DNA from: Lytechinus pictus
Lineage: Eukaryota
Assembly: GCF_037042905.1 (NCBI RefSeq)
Contig: NC_087245.1
Location: forward strand, 33,358,001 to 33,422,000
Direction: 5' to 3'
Length of the DNA: 64,000 nucleotides
Position numbers and translations under genes: made by a program. Shown piece after piece: positions 26,500 to 41,050 of this stretch (position 1 is the stretch's first letter; each line of letters opens with the position of its first letter). The notes beneath the pieces are model-generated. The model ran no database searches and had not been told where the DNA came from. It was given only the letters and a program-made list of their open reading frames with translations.

Positions 26500-27136
26500 T
26501 CATGATCATCATTCATTATCATCATCATTATCATCTCCACCATTATCATCATCATCATCATCAGCATCATCATCATCATCACCATCACCATCTTCCCCAT
26601 TGATCATCATCATCATCACCATCATCAACATCACTATCATCATCACCATCACCATCACCATTTTCCCATTGATCATCATCATCACCATCATCATCATTAT
26701 CATCTCCACCATTATCATCATCATCATCATCATCACCATCACCATCTTCCCCATTGATCATCATCATCATCACCATCATCAACATCACTATCATCATCAC
26801 CATCACCATCACCATTTTCCCATTGATCATCATCATCACCATCATCATCATTATCATCTCCACCATTATCATCATCATCATCATCATCACCATCACCATC
26901 TTCCCCATTGATCATCATCATCATCACCATCATCAACATCACTATCATCATCACCATCACCATCACCATTTTCCCATTGATCATCATCATCACCATCATC
27001 ATCATTATCATCTCCACCATTATCATCATCATCATCATCATCACCATCACCATCTTCCCCATTGATCATCATCATCATCACCATCATCAACATCACTATC
27101 ATCATCACCATCACCATCACCATTTTCCCATTGATC

Positions 27137-27168
<32 letters not shown>

Positions 27169-27385
27169 CATTATTATTATCATCAACATCATCATCATTA
27201 CCATCACCATCACCATTTTCCCATTGATCATCATCATCATCATCATCACCATCACCATCATCATCACCATCATCATCATCACCATCTTCCCCATTGATCA
27301 TCATCATCACCATTATCATCATCATCATCACCATTGATCATCATCATCTCCATTATTATCATCATCATCATCATTATTACCATTA
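26500..27385. repeat. (CAT)n microsatellite with 154-bp higher-order repeat
   Basis: Blocks recur at 154-bp spacing, punctuated by CCCATTGAT. Confidence 0.9.
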
Positions 27386-28925
27386 TGTTATGATATTTTG
27401 AAGTAAGAACCAATTATACTCCATTTCCCATTTAACCTTTAGTCTTTATTTATGATGTAATTTAAACATAAAATCAGACACACTCTGAAAAGTCATGATA
27501 TGATTATGCTCACTATCTCCCCTCAATATCACTCCCCTCTGGGATTCTTCTTAATTGTAAAACTATTTAGAAATAGGCCTACTTAAAATAAAATAAAAAA
27601 AGGGGTTGTTACAACCCTTACCCATTACCCAAGGGAAGTATAAGGAATGCAAAATGTGCCATGCCACAAATCAGTAGTGCTGTTATTGTTAAGAAAATTA
27701 TCTGTCGATATATTGCTATAACTATCTTTATGACAAAAAAACATGATCAATACGCATTTTTCATGCATTATAGCGATGTCACATAATCGTGTTGGTCAAA
27801 ATTTGTATCTGCCACTGCTTTAAAATCTAGTGGCTAGTAAGTATTCATATTTTGTTGAGTTTTGGAGTAATTTCTGTTGCTGTTCTTTGTATTTTGAGGA
27901 AAATATGTTTTCTGTGATTTTCCGCTTGAAAAGCCACTTTCAAAAGGCCATTTCCATGAATTCTGTGATATCGCGGAAAATCACTATGTCCCTACATAGT
28001 AGTGGGTATTAAATCGACAATGAGGGAAAGGTTATCGATATTGCTCAGTGGCAAAAAACAAGCGATTATCGACAAGACTAGCGATAAAAAGGTTATCGAT
28101 AACAGCAGTACAAATCAGAGACAGAAATATAAAGAGAGAGAGAAAGGATGGATCTGCAATAAAGAGCACAGCTCTCACATGAATGGGATCACACACAAGA
28201 GGGCGGCATTGCATTAAAATCAATGGGCGGGCTTATCAAAAATCACCTTGTGTAAAGTGTGAGGGCTGGTTCTTGGGATGATATGGCTGTGTTACATGTA
28301 GGTCCATGGTTAAATTTATAACTGTTAATGAATTTTAAAGTATCCACATCTCATGTTTTATTTCCATTGATTGTATCCATTGTATTCATGTCAACCTAAA
28401 GTACAATACCTTGCACATTGCTGTGAAATATGAAATTTGTAAACAAATATGAAATTGAAAATGAGAGTGGCTGAAATTAGCAGAGTTCGATACTTGACAA
28501 CCTTTGCATTACAAACACAATCAGATGGGAAAAATCATAAATATATGTAAAATCATATACAATTAAATTTTGTAAACAAAATGGTAAAATCGAATTCCAC
28601 GTTTGAAACTGATGAACCAAAAATGACAAATATCAGCTGTAATCACATTGAAAATCAATTTGATAAAAATATATCTGATTAGACCACATTCATGAATATA
28701 AAAAATGAGGACTTGTGAATGGGGAAAATTCAGTCATTAACCCTAATCACCTAGCTTTGTTACATTGATGCTCATCTACATTATGAAACTAATGAGCCAT
28801 AACATGTATATAAAGTTGGGTTGCTAAATACATTTATGAGTTTTCTGAAGGATGGGTCAATGTACTTTTTACCGTGTACACTCCATGAAAGCTGTATTAA
28901 AATTCTAACTGATATACATGTAAGC

Positions 28926-29555
28926 AATGATGGTGATGGTGGTGATCATAGTGATGATGGTGATGGTGATGATGATGACGATGCTGTTGAAGATGATGAT
29001 AACGGTGATAATCCTACTGATGAAGATGATGGTGTTGATGATAATAATGTTGGTGATGATGATGATGATGATAATGATGATGATGCTGACGATGATGATG
29101 ATGATGATAATAAAGATGATGGTGTGGGTGGTAATCAGAGTTATGAGATGGGTAATGACGATGGTGGTGGGCAATGATGGATGCTGATGATGATGATCAT
29201 GATAATGGTGATGATAATGATGATGCTGAGGATGATGATGATGATAATGGTGATGATGATGACAATGATAATGATGGTGATGATGATGATGATGATCTTG
29301 ACGATAATGATGATGATGGGGCTACTGATGGGGCTACCCTGTATAAATAAAATGAAATAAATAAATAAATAAAAAATAAATAGATGATGATCGTGAGGAC
29401 CATGAAGATGATGGTGATGATGATGAGGATGATAATGAGGGTGGTGAGGATATGGTGTGTGTGGTAATCATAGTTATGAGATGGGTAATGACGATGGTGG
29501 TGGTGGTGGTGGGCGATGATGGATGATGATGATGATGATGCTGATGGTGATAATG
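28926..29555. repeat. (GAT)n degenerate microsatellite with internal duplication
   Basis: GAT repeats; GGTAATCA.AGTTATGAGATGGGTAATGACGATGG occurs twice. Confidence 0.9.
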
Positions 29556-30914
29556 ATTATAACAAATGAGACTCAAGAAAAACCAGATATAATGAAATCC
29601 TGTACAAAATGCTATAATATACAAATTGATATACATTTCATATTTCTGAGTGATTACAAGTAATCAGGGCCTAATTAGGAAAACTTGACAGTCATATATT
29701 TAGCAAAGAACACATTGTTTCAAAGTTTGATTTCACTTTCAGACAAATTAAAACAAAATTCTACCATGATAGCAATTATGCACAGACTCAAGAAATCTCC
29801 ATGAATGCTTGGTGAATCAATTTGATAGCACACAAAATCTTTATTGGTTATTTGTTTTATTCCATTTTATCATCAATTCCGAAGATTTTCATTTTCGGAA
29901 AAGCAAATTCAGTTGTTGTTTTTTTCAATTGCTCTAAAATTTACATAAATGCTTTCCTGTGGACTGTACAAAACATAAGACAAAGCAACATAAAATGGCA
30001 AAATATGTTTGACAAAATTAATATATAACTGACAAACTAGTACAAATGCATGTATGCAAGTGTCACTTTGCAAATCAATCTAAACACTGCAAACTGGTTC
30101 AAATTAGGTTGTCTGCTAATTAATGGAAGCAGCAGGTATTGGATTTTGCTTTGTAACAAGTATTTTTTAAATGTATTTTGATCATCACATTTTTTACTGA
30201 GAACACCTGCAGAAATTGTGATTTCAGTTCCTTCTGAATTCTTGATTTTAAAAAATGTTTTATGAATCAAAGAAACCTGAGGACTTTTTTATTTAAAAAA
30301 ATTATAAAGAAATGTTATTTTCAACATTTGAAGAATACATTAACAAAAAATTTGAATTAACCTGGTCACACCAATCTCATCGGAGAGTACTATGCTGAAT
30401 GTGAACGGGACACAATATCAACAACATCTAATGAATTAGATTGCTGGCTGGCGATAGATCTATGATTATATCTGAATTTTGTTCTCCCCATACAGAAGCT
30501 CTTGTATGTAGCAAAATGTGAAATGGAAATGACTTTTGCAAGAATAATGTCATTCATTTTGAATTGACAATTTCGAAGTTGATGTCAAAACAGAATTCAT
30601 ATTGCAACATAAATTAAAAGGAAGAGAATAGGGGGAATAATATTCTAGCACTTGATTTCCAAAGCCTGCATTACAATGAAAATTGGTAGGATGTAAGATA
30701 AACATTTTCAACAGAGTGAACAGTGGAGGGGATTCAATTATTTTTCTTCTTCCTTTTTTCTTGCAGGATCAATAGGAAAAATTACTTTTTACATCTAAAG
30801 ATGATGTTTTCATGCATATACCATGTTGTAATAGTAACATCATTTGGAACTGAATATTGATGCTTTCATTTAATCAATACAACAATGTTATACAACTCAT
30901 CTAGGCATACAGGT

Positions 30915-31439
30915 CCCGGGGGGGGGGGGGGGGGACTCGACCAAAAAAGTGGTAGGGGTGTGCCGCGGGCGAGACAAAAAACGGGGGCCTTGGAGCGGGC
31001 TTATTGTAAAAAGGAGGGTCCTCGGAGCGGGCTTCGGAACTACCAATGTTTGTGAAAACGGGGGTCCTTGGAACGGATCGCCAGCGTGTGAGTGCGTACG
31101 CATCCCTATGGATCGGGCATGCGTGCATGATGCAGCTAGCGCGGCCTCCGCCGGGCGCGCTCGCGCAGAGGCGATGGTCGGACAGCGCTCTGCGGCCGCT
31201 TTTCACCAAAATTGCAGCTCATTGTAGCAGATCAATGCGACCGGAGCGGATTTCTTTTTTCTTTTTTCTCGATAAGAAGAAAATGCTATGCTTTGGAGTG
31301 GCTTTCTTTGTTCTTTTTCTCAATAAAACAAAAATGCTATGCCTTGGAACAGAAATTTGAGTGTAAAAATGGGGGTCCCCTCCGCGGCACATACCCACTA
31401 TGCATTATATACTGAGTGCCCCCCCCCCCCCCCCCCGGG
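30915..31439. mobile_element. CCCGGG/poly-G-ended non-autonomous DNA transposon
   Basis: CCCGGG(G)nACTC ... GAGTG(C)nGGG; perfect 8-bp TSD ATACAGGT; GC-rich body. Confidence 0.9.
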
Positions 31440-32592
31440 ATACAGGTATGTACACATGGTCTTTAAAGTTAATGTATAACTTAATGGTGGGTCATTAATT
31501 TCTAGCACGAAAGAAATCTCGCTTATTTCCTCCTCACATGAGGAATATTTACAAAGGCTGCTACCAGCAAACACTTGCAAAAAGGATCAGAGAAAATTCA
31601 CTCCTGGAGTATTTGATTTTGGACACCAACATATAGCAAAATGTAAATTTACACTTCTTACTGACATGATCAAAGAAAACAAATCTTTTAGTTTCATATA
31701 AGGAGTAGTGAAAACGGGGTGAATATTTTGGCAATGTAAATGATCATATTTACAGTGTTCATTTTAAATGAAAAAAATTATTCCACTGTTAAAAATATGA
31801 TCTGAGACTGTGAAATCTCCCGGTAATTTCCTACCGGAAAATACACAGTATGTTCACAGTGTGGAACACAATACAAAATCATCTTCACACTTTTAAATTT
31901 GAGCAATCCAACAGTGTGAATCACATATTCACAAAGTTGACCGTGTGAACACACTGTGTACAGTTACATTGTTGAAGTGTCCACAGCATGAAAATATCTT
32001 CACAGTGTTGAATTTTAGAATTTTAATAATTGGTGTGAACTAGACTTTAATTTGTCATGTGGACGAATTAGGTTGTCTGTCGTAGATAGATAAACAAACA
32101 CAATTATTTAAACAGATTAGATTGAAAGATAAATAGACATACAGATAGACAAACATATTTAAACAGATACATATAAGATTTTAATAAGATTTTTTTTTTC
32201 AATTCAATTCAAATAAACTTCTATTTTCTTCCATTTCAAAACATTTTTCACAAACATAAATTCATACAAAAATCAAATTGTTGTGAAGAATATAAATATG
32301 TACATGTTAGGTTTAAAGAAGAAGGTTTAGGTTTAAAGATAAGATAGATGGATGGCTGGCTAGATGGAGAGATAAATGATAGGTGGATATATTCATAGAA
32401 GATAGACCATGTGGTGAGTAGACGAACTGATGATAGATCAATGGTCGTAGATGAGTTGGCATCTGGACGAATTGGCATTAGACGATTGGAAATAAACCAT
32501 ACGGACGGACGCATTGCAGAAAGAGTTTGTTTAATTTTTGGAGTTTTGTTTGATCACAACTCATTCATTGATTTGTTATCGGCTTAAATCTG

Positions 32593-32730
32593 GGTCCAGT
32601 TTCATCAAGACTTTTTATAACAAAAAAAATACTTGTTATAACAAAATGCACATTTCTATCAACTAATCAGATTGACGGATTTCAATAGCTTTTCACTGTT
32701 ATTTTAAGAAGTGTTATATGAAACGGACCC
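32593..32730. mobile_element. Harbinger-type MITE
   Basis: TIR GGTCCAGTTTCAT / ATGAAACGGACCC; CTG/CTG TSD. Confidence 0.7.
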
Positions 32731-33462
32731 CTGATTGATAAAAGAACTCTATGAAAACAGCAGGTTGTGTGCCAGTGAAAGGTAGAGCTTTTGCTCATCT
32801 GTGTACAAAATATATCATGAAAAAAAAGAAATATCACAATATTGTTTTCATCCTTCCCTTTAAGAACCTGCCCAGTTGGTGTTATTTGATTTCAGTTAAG
32901 ACCACCATCCATTGGTATTTAGGTCTCACATCCAATGGAGACTGCAAGAATGTCTAGCCACCAAATAAAAAAAGCTAAATATATCAAGCTATGAAAGAAC
33001 GGGTGAAACCATTCTATGCAAATGTTCAATACACTGCACATTCAACTGCCTCCCTCACTACAGAATGACTGGCTATTGAAAATGTTGTTTTCAGCTTGTT
33101 TTGTGTATTGTTCGGGCTGGTCCAGTGAGAAAATGCCAATTTTGCTTTATGAATTTTGATATGTTGGATATAAGAAATATTGTACATACATAACCTTGCA
33201 AAAATATGTTGAGTGATTTTTTTTTCTATCGACCCTTAATTCTATGATCTATCCCCTCATTTCAATCCTCCCACCGGACCCACCCTCCCTATTCCTCTTT
33301 CTTTTATTCTATCTTCCTTTCTTATTCCTTCCTTCCTACTTCCCTTGCTTTCTTCCTTCCTCTATTTCTTTCTTTCTTTCTTCCTTCCTTCCTTCCTTTC
33401 TGTCTTTTTTCTTTCCCTTTCTTTCTCTCTCTCTCTTCTTTCTCAATTCCTTTCTCCAATTC

Positions 33463-33959
33463 TATGCTTTTCACACTGCACTTTTTGTCCTAAATTGGTG
33501 GGGCTAAGGGGGGGGGGTCTTAGCCCCACCAATATCCCGGGGTTAAGCTTAGCCCACTTCGTTTTCACACTACGTTTTAGCAAAGTGGGCTAGCACGGGA
33601 AATAGTGCGGTACTATCTGGCCCTGCAAAAAAGCAGGGTTAGCCGGCATATTGCGGTGCTAGCACCACACTTGCGGTGCTAAGAGATGCAGTGTGAATCG
33701 AAACCGGGCTAAGGAAAAGTGGGGCTAAGCATTAGCCAATCACAGAAGTCGAAATTGCACGTTAATCGCGCTCTGTATGGTAAAATCATCAATATTTATG
33801 AGCTGTGTGATTGCCTGGGGTTAAGGCGTTAACCCCGGCTAAGCAAATAGTATGGGGTTAAGAAAGACAGTGTGAATCGAAAAAAGGATAGTATGGGGTT
33901 AAGGATAGTCCGGGGTTAAGGATAGTATGGGGTTAAGGAAATGCAGTGTGAAAAGCATA
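33463..33959. mobile_element. Harbinger-type MITE rich in GGGGTTAAG motifs, copy 1
   Basis: TIR TATGCTTTTCACACTGCA / TGCAGTGTGAAAAGCATA; highly similar copy at 40549-41050. Confidence 0.88.
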
Positions 33960-34937
33960 TTACAATGCCTCATCTCTCTCTCCCACTCTCCTTATATCCT
34001 CACTCTCACTGATCCTTCAAACCTTCTCCCAGTCACACTCTCCTCTTTTCTCATACAGCTCCATTTGATTGTGAAGAAACAGCTTTTCCCCCAAAAGAAC
34101 ACAAAAGGAACATTATTCACATTATCTCCATGTACATACAAGATCTCAGTTTCTTATATATCACATAATCCTCTCCTTGATATAGAAATATACTGAGCCA
34201 TCATCAGCAGTTCCAAAAGAACCAATTTCAGGTGAATTCTTACAAGTTTGAAAGAAACATTTCATTCCATATAACTCTCTAATTGTTACAATCAGAGAAC
34301 ATAATCTGCAGCAGTAGGAAAAGAGCACATATGATTTATTTTAAGCCCTACATATGTTACTACTCCTGTGGGAGTAAAGCAAGGTTTCCACTTTGGCGAG
34401 TTAACATCGCGAGTTATGGCGAGTTATAGCGAGTTGCCAAAATGAGGCACTCGCGATAACTCGCATAAAGCTCACCATGAAACTCGGGATAACTCGCGAC
34501 AACTCGGCAGAGCTCGGCGGAGCTCGTTCAAGCTCGGGACAACTCTCCTTGAAGTCGTGAGCTGTTTCAAAATTTTTGAACATGTTCAAAAATTTTGCTA
34601 ACTCGCTGTAACTCGTGCTGAACTCACCTAAACTCGTTATATACTCGCAGCACTCGCAATAACTCGTAAGAAGCTCGAGATAAACTCACAATAACTCGTA
34701 ATAACTCGCCACATCTGAGTATACGCGAGTGCGTTCCGAGTTTTCAAGAGCGATATACGAGCATTGCGATCGTTTTACGAGTCAAATGGAGGTGCCCACG
34801 AGATTAGCGCGACTTTAGATCGAGCACCCCGAGTTACAGCGAGTTTCGTATGAGTTTATTCCGAGTGCGTTGCAATAGCTCAGAGGCATGCCAGCTGAAT
34901 GATAAATGTCCAGTGATCTATATTTTCCCCACATATA

Positions 34938-36033
34938 AACCCCTCAAAAAAAGTTTGAAATCTGAGTTTGGCCATTAATTTCTCCCAACTCCAAAATTTA
35001 CACATTGCACATTTGACATCATTTAAAAGGTCATTCAATTTCCTTTACAATGATACCATGCTTGTTATGATCATGCCATCACGAAAAGAGCAGGATTCAA
35101 AAGTGTTGGATAAAGTCTGAATTGAAAAGCTGCAAAACGAGCAAAAAAGTTTGGAAATCTGAGTTTGGCCATTAATTTATCCCGACTCCGAATTTTACAC
35201 AATGCATATTTGATATCTTTCAAAAGATCATTTGATTCTCTTTTAAATGATCCCATGCTTGTTATGATCATGCCATCAAAAAAAGAACAAAATTAATAAG
35301 TGTTGGATGAGGTCTCAAGTAAAAAGCTGCAAAACGAGCATAAGTAATCATGAAGGGTCAATACAGAACATGATGTTTTTGTCTGTGTCAATAAAGATGA
35401 AAATCCATTCAAATCAAACCCCTGCTTTTTCATTTCATAATGTTTTGTTGTGGTTTATGTTTGTTTGTTGTGTGTTTGCTTGTGCAGAGGTGTGTTTGAT
35501 TCCATTTGAATGTTGATATTAAGGTGCATGAAAACAATTGCTGAGAATCTCACTCATCATCATGGAAGAAAAGAACAGTGACTTTCAATATTGTGTCATT
35601 TTGCAAATTTTGAATTTTGACCTTGCCCCGCATTTCAAGGCACTGCACCTCCATGTGAGCCATAATCATATCATGTAGGGTATCATTTAAAGACACTTAA
35701 ATGATCTATTCATTAATATTAATTAAACTTGATATTTACTAAAACCGAGGCGGGATTACCGATCAAACTCAAAAGAAACCGCTTAAAATACTCACTCATC
35801 AAAGGAACAGTGACTTTCAATACTGTGTCTCTTTGCAACTTAATTTTGATTTTTGACCTTGCCCTACATTTCAAGGCACTGCACCTCCATGTGAACCATA
35901 ATCATATCATGTAGGGTATCATTTAAAGACACTTAAATGATCTATTCATTGATATTAATAACAATTGATATTTACTAAAACTGAGGAGGGAGTTTTGATT
36001 AAAGTCGGATTTCCAAACTTTTTTTGAGGAGTT
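34938..36033. mobile_element. Nested TIR element with internal tandem duplications
   Basis: TIR AACCCCTCAAAAAAAGTTTGAAATC / GATTTCCAAACTTTTTTTGAGGAGTT; ~195-bp and ~232-bp internal duplications. Confidence 0.65.
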
Positions 36034-36319
36034 ATTTTAAAGTGAGAGCACATTTTAACTGACCCACGCAATGTACACGTACTTTTAAAAAGGCTGTTTC
36101 CACTGCATTATTACAACTTTCAACAAATAAGGAGAGAAATATGCCTCGATCCAAAAGATCCAAGAGTTGTGGCCATTCAGATAGGGAAACAGCGAAAGAA
36201 GATGACATTCAAACAAGGGTAGAAGAAGTGCAGGAAGAGACAATTGAAACGGAAGAGGAGGTCAATGACGAGCAGAGCCAAGGTAAAAAAACAAGACATC
36301 AAACTGGACAATTAAGGTC

Positions 36320-37430
36320 CAAGTGGAGCGCCTCTGCATCACGCTTTCCAATATAGAAGTAGTGCTGACTCTGAAAACTATTGTAAAATAATTATTCACA
36401 AAAACACCATTCATACATTGATACAATACTACGTTCATTTACAATAAATGACATTTGACCTTTATCATTTGACCTAAGACTTGTCAGTGATACTAGATTA
36501 CCCCTATATCCACATTTTATAAACTGTATCTAAACTTTGAAAGTTATGACAGTAATATAGTATCAATCTCCAAATGGCCAAAGTTCAATAACCTTAAATG
36601 ACCTTTGACTTTGGTCATGTGACCTGAAACTGGCATGAAATGTTCGGTGATACTTGACTACTCTAATATCCAAGTTGATGAATCATATCCATAAGCTTTC
36701 AAAGTTATGATGGTAATTCAACAAATACCCCCAACATGGCCAAAGTTTATTGACCATAAATGACCTTTGACCTTCGTCATGTGACCTGAAACTCGCACAG
36801 GATGTTCAGGAATACTTGATTACTCTTATATCTAAGATTCATGAATCAGATCTATAAACTTTTAAAGTTATGATGGTAATTCAACAGATCACCCGAACAT
36901 CACTAAAGTTCATTGACCTTTGACCTTGGACATGTGACCTGATATCCGCACAGGATGTTTAGTGATACCTGATTACTCTTATGTTCAAGTTTCATGAATC
37001 AGATTCATAAACTTTCAAAGTTATAATGTTAATTTAACAAATACCCCAATTGGCCAAAGTCCATTGACCCTAATTGACCTTAGTCATGTGACTTGAAACT
37101 CAAGCAGGATGTTTATATACTTTAATAACCTTATGTCCACGTTTCATGAACTAGGTTCATATATTTTCTAAGTTATGATGACATTTCAAAAACTTAACCG
37201 TAGGTTAAGACTTTGATGTTGATTCCCTAAACATGGTCTACGTTCATTGACCATAAATGACCTCTGACCTTGGTCTTGTGACCTGAAACTCGAAAAGAAT
37301 ATTTTGTAATGCTTGATAAACCTTATGGTCAAGTTTCATGAACTAGGTCCAAATACTTTCTCAGTTATGATGCCATTTCAAAAACTTAACCTTCGGTTAA
37401 GATTTGGTGTTGACGCCCCCTCCGCCGGCA
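36320..37430 (+). mobile_element. HINE-like element, diverged and 3'-truncated copy of 23265-24252
   Basis: Same CAAGTGGA..GCCTCTG start and same TGACCTTTGACCT tandem units. Confidence 0.8.
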
Positions 37431-38534
37431 TCCATCTTTGAGTGCCAAAAATGTGCATTTCCCACCCCTAGGTCGTATGAAACTCTTATCACTCGTAACA
37501 AAATCTTTATAACTCGTTCATAGCTCGCTTTAAGTCGTATAAAGGTCACCGCAACTCATACTAAGCTCGGCCTGACTCGTTTCGCGCTCGGTTCACTCGT
37601 ACAACGAGCGTAGTGAACTCGATGTTGAGTTGTTTGTCACTCAAACAAATTCCAGGGAAAAATGTAAATTTCACGCGAGCTTGTGCGAGCTAAGGCGAGT
37701 TAGAGCTCGCGCAGCTCGCGTATGACTCGCAACTCCAACTCGCCAAAGTGGAAACCTTGCTTTAGACATGAATTACAATGCATATTTACAACTTAACTTT
37801 TTCCAAAAACATCATTTCAATAGAAATACAAAAATGTATCAAACATCACACAAAAAGAAAAAAATTTAATTCCAAATCAACAACCAAAATAACAAATTCA
37901 ATAAAAAAATACTTTTACTGGTCATGCTGGTAGTCTAGAGGAGAAATGTATGTTATCAATATTTGTGGTTAAAGATGTGAATATTATGTATTATAGCAAT
38001 GAAGTGTGTTCAAAACAGATTACACTTATCCTTACTACTTTTTACCAATTCAAAGCTTTGTCAAGAGGTTAAGTATATGGAGTTTAAAGCCCAATATCTG
38101 AGTTCATCCCATCCCCCATAGGCCTATTGAAATGGGTTTTGTGCAAATATATATTCCTCAAATGGGATATGTTCAATGAGGTTAAATTTGTTTTAAGGCA
38201 CATGTGGAAAATAATATTTCAAGGGCCCTTTTTTTTAAAATCCTGAATGCTACATGATCAATTATATTGTAATATATCCCCCCCCCGCTTCAACATTATT
38301 ATTTTTTCCTATTATATGGGTCTAATGAGTAATTGATGTGGATTATGTTGTAAATTTTTTTTTTTTTAAGTGGTCTGTCTCTGACAGATCACCTCTTAAT
38401 TTCGTCAGAATTTTCCTTACTATTTATTTCTTTATTTTTCACACCAATGTTTGTCGCCAACTTTTCTCTGAATTAGCTCTATCAATTTAGCTGAATTTTT
38501 TGTCATATATAAAGTCTATCATAGAGACGCGGTA

Positions 38535-39430
38535 TAGTCACGTATTGTATTACCGGACACTATTGTGATTCCGGACGCGCATATAAATGCGTTCGAAAAC
38601 AATTTCGTACCGTAAGACTTCCGCAATTCATTTTCACAGATCAATACATAGAACAAGATTGCAAAAACAAGGCGAAAAAAAATCAAATTTCTACCTTATT
38701 TATCTCTAAAATGACAGAAAATGCTTAAAATATCATATAACATAGTTTTGCATTAACAATTGAATGAATTGATATATTTTCTAACGGAAATACGGGCCTG
38801 ATTTGCCGAATTTCAATCTCGTCGGCTCCTTCGATCGAATGATGAGGTGAGGTGTATTGTGGGTGATCGTCGACGGCTAGTTCTCAATGTACCGTGCGCG
38901 AGGTTTCCCGTGAGTCGAGTAGAGCCGTCGACGATCGGCTGCGCATCGATAGAACTTGATGAGCGTCACGATACGAACGAGCACTGAAAAGTGCCATGAA
39001 ACATGCAGCTAACCAAAAAATAAAAAATAAATTAAGTTATCAAACACGAATTTATTACCAACATCTGCTCAGATTCGATATAAAAAAAGCAAACAAAAAG
39101 TTAGAATTTATTCATGATATGATATAAGAAGAAAAAAATCACAGAAATTTATTCTTACATCATTATAATCAAGGATATCTTTACCCGTCCGGCGCGCGTC
39201 CGGAATCATGATGTAATTTGTCGCGCACGAAAATAATTGTTTTTCGTGGAGGGGTATGCGGCAAGTGCGATGCAAAGAAAATGGTTGGTAAATATAAAAT
39301 AATTTTATCATATTAATAATTTTCATAATATTTGGAATAGCAAGTGCGAATTTTTCTTGATTGTATTTCCTCTAGTTGTCATTTTTAAAGCACTGAAATA
39401 AAGGTGTCCAGCAATAGGATACACTGCCAT
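38535..39430. mobile_element. Nested non-autonomous TIR element
   Basis: Imperfect TIR GTATTGTATTACCGGACAC / GTGTCCAGCAATAGGATAC; internal inverted ATTCCGGACGCGC. Confidence 0.45.
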
Positions 39431-40548
39431 ACTAAGCTTTTCAAGGTCATCAGGTTATGATGACGTCTTCTACGTGCCATTTTGTAAAATTCTTGATTTG
39501 ATCATATCAACATAATGGATCATCAATAATCAATCATATTTACATCAAATAAACTTTAGGTCAAAGGTCAATGTTATTAAAAGTCATGTAGAGATCATGA
39601 TGCGTGCGTACGTGGGCGTCAAAATCGTCTATAAATAATATTGGGTACGTTTCAGGTCATTTTAAGCATATCAACATTTTGCGCGCCCACGTATGTGTAC
39701 GCGTTTTCATGTGTAATGGCGTTACGCAGCAAAAAATTGCTTTTTTTGCTATGTGTTTCCATTGATGATATAATTCTGATCAAATTGATACCTCGATCAG
39801 CTTTCTACGATCATTAATGAGGGAATGAGCACCCATTAAAGTTTGCAGCACGCATGCGCACAAACTCATTCCATAGGCTCTATATGGGTAAAAACATGCC
39901 TATTGAAAATTCACTGTAGCTCTTCAGAACAAAGGGACCCCAAATCTTTTTTTCATATTTTGATAGAGAATGAATCATAGATATGATTTCATGTGTCGTT
40001 TGACCCTCACTTATATCATGACGTCATTAAAATGGCGTCGGAACTCAAAATTTCCATTTTGTGTGTTATGATGTTATCATAATTATGCAAATTTGGCTCT
40101 AACTCCGTGAATATTGGTCCATTTTCGCCCAAGTTTGGATATGTTGTAGCTTAGGTCTTACTTTTCATAAATTATTGCCGTCATCTTCATTTTGATAAAT
40201 GGATCATCCTGAAAACTTGAAATTTTTAGAGGCATGTAATTTTTGCTTATTTTGCGTGTAATCTCTATGGGAGATGACTTTTTAACAAAACTGGATTCTA
40301 CAATCCTCTATTTCGTGAGCTATATCTCCAATTTTGCTTGTTAGTTTTCCTTGAGCTTTTAGTATGTTGCAGCTGAGATTACAAGCTTTCGCAAATGTTC
40401 CTTCATTTTCAAATCAGATGCCGGGATCATGCCCGTATTTTACTTGCAAAATCGGAGTTGAGATTCTCATACTTTGCATACTTGTAAAGTCTATGGGAAA
40501 TATTGTAGGTCAATCGGTAAGGTGTGAGACTTACATAGATCTCATTCA

Positions 40549-41050
40549 TATGCTTTTCACACTGCACTTTTTTCCCTTAATCCCAGGAAATTGGTGGGGC
40601 TAAGGGGGGTCTTTGCCCCACCAATTTCCCGGGGTTAAGCTTAGCCCACTTCGTTTTCACACTACGTTTTAGCAAAGTGGGCTAGCACGGTAAATAGTAC
40701 GGTACTATCTGGCCCTGCAAAAAAGCAGGGTTAGCCGGCTTATTGTGGTGCTAGAACCACAATTGCGGTGCTAAGAGATGCAGTGTGAAACGAAACAGGG
40801 CTAAGGAAAGTGGGGCTAAGCATTAGCCAATCACAGAAGTCGAAATTGCACGTTAATCGCGCTCTGTATGGTAAAATCATCAATATTTATGAGCTGTGTG
40901 ATTGACCGGGGTTAAGGCGTTAACCCCGGCTAAGCAAATAGTACGGGGTTAAGAAAGACAGTGTGCATCCAAAAAAAGATAGTATGGGGTCAAGGATAGT
41001 CCGGCATTAGGGATAGTATGGGGTTAAGGAAATGCAGTGTGAAAAGCATA
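40549..41050. mobile_element. Harbinger-type MITE rich in GGGGTTAAG motifs, copy 2
   Basis: Same TIRs and body as 33463-33959; TCA/TAA flanks. Confidence 0.88.

Larger units (their letters stand above)
34378..37761. mobile_element. 3.4-kb Harbinger-type element with nested insertions
   Basis: Perfect 25-bp TIR AGCAAGGTTTCCACTTTGGCGAGTT; TAA/TTA flanks; dense AACTCG/CGAGTT subterminal repeats. Confidence 0.85.

Noticed and set aside
26393..27337. His/Ile/Asp/Met-rich ORFs
   Set aside because: Translations of a (CAT)n array on both strands with no splice context; the same applies at 28821-29636 and 47400-47715
30897..31415. GC-rich ORFs
   Set aside because: Lie inside a TSD-flanked non-autonomous element; no recognisable domain
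33820..33940. Interstitial telomeric repeats
   Set aside because: GGGGTTAAG motifs are dispersed within a TIR element, not tandem TTAGGG
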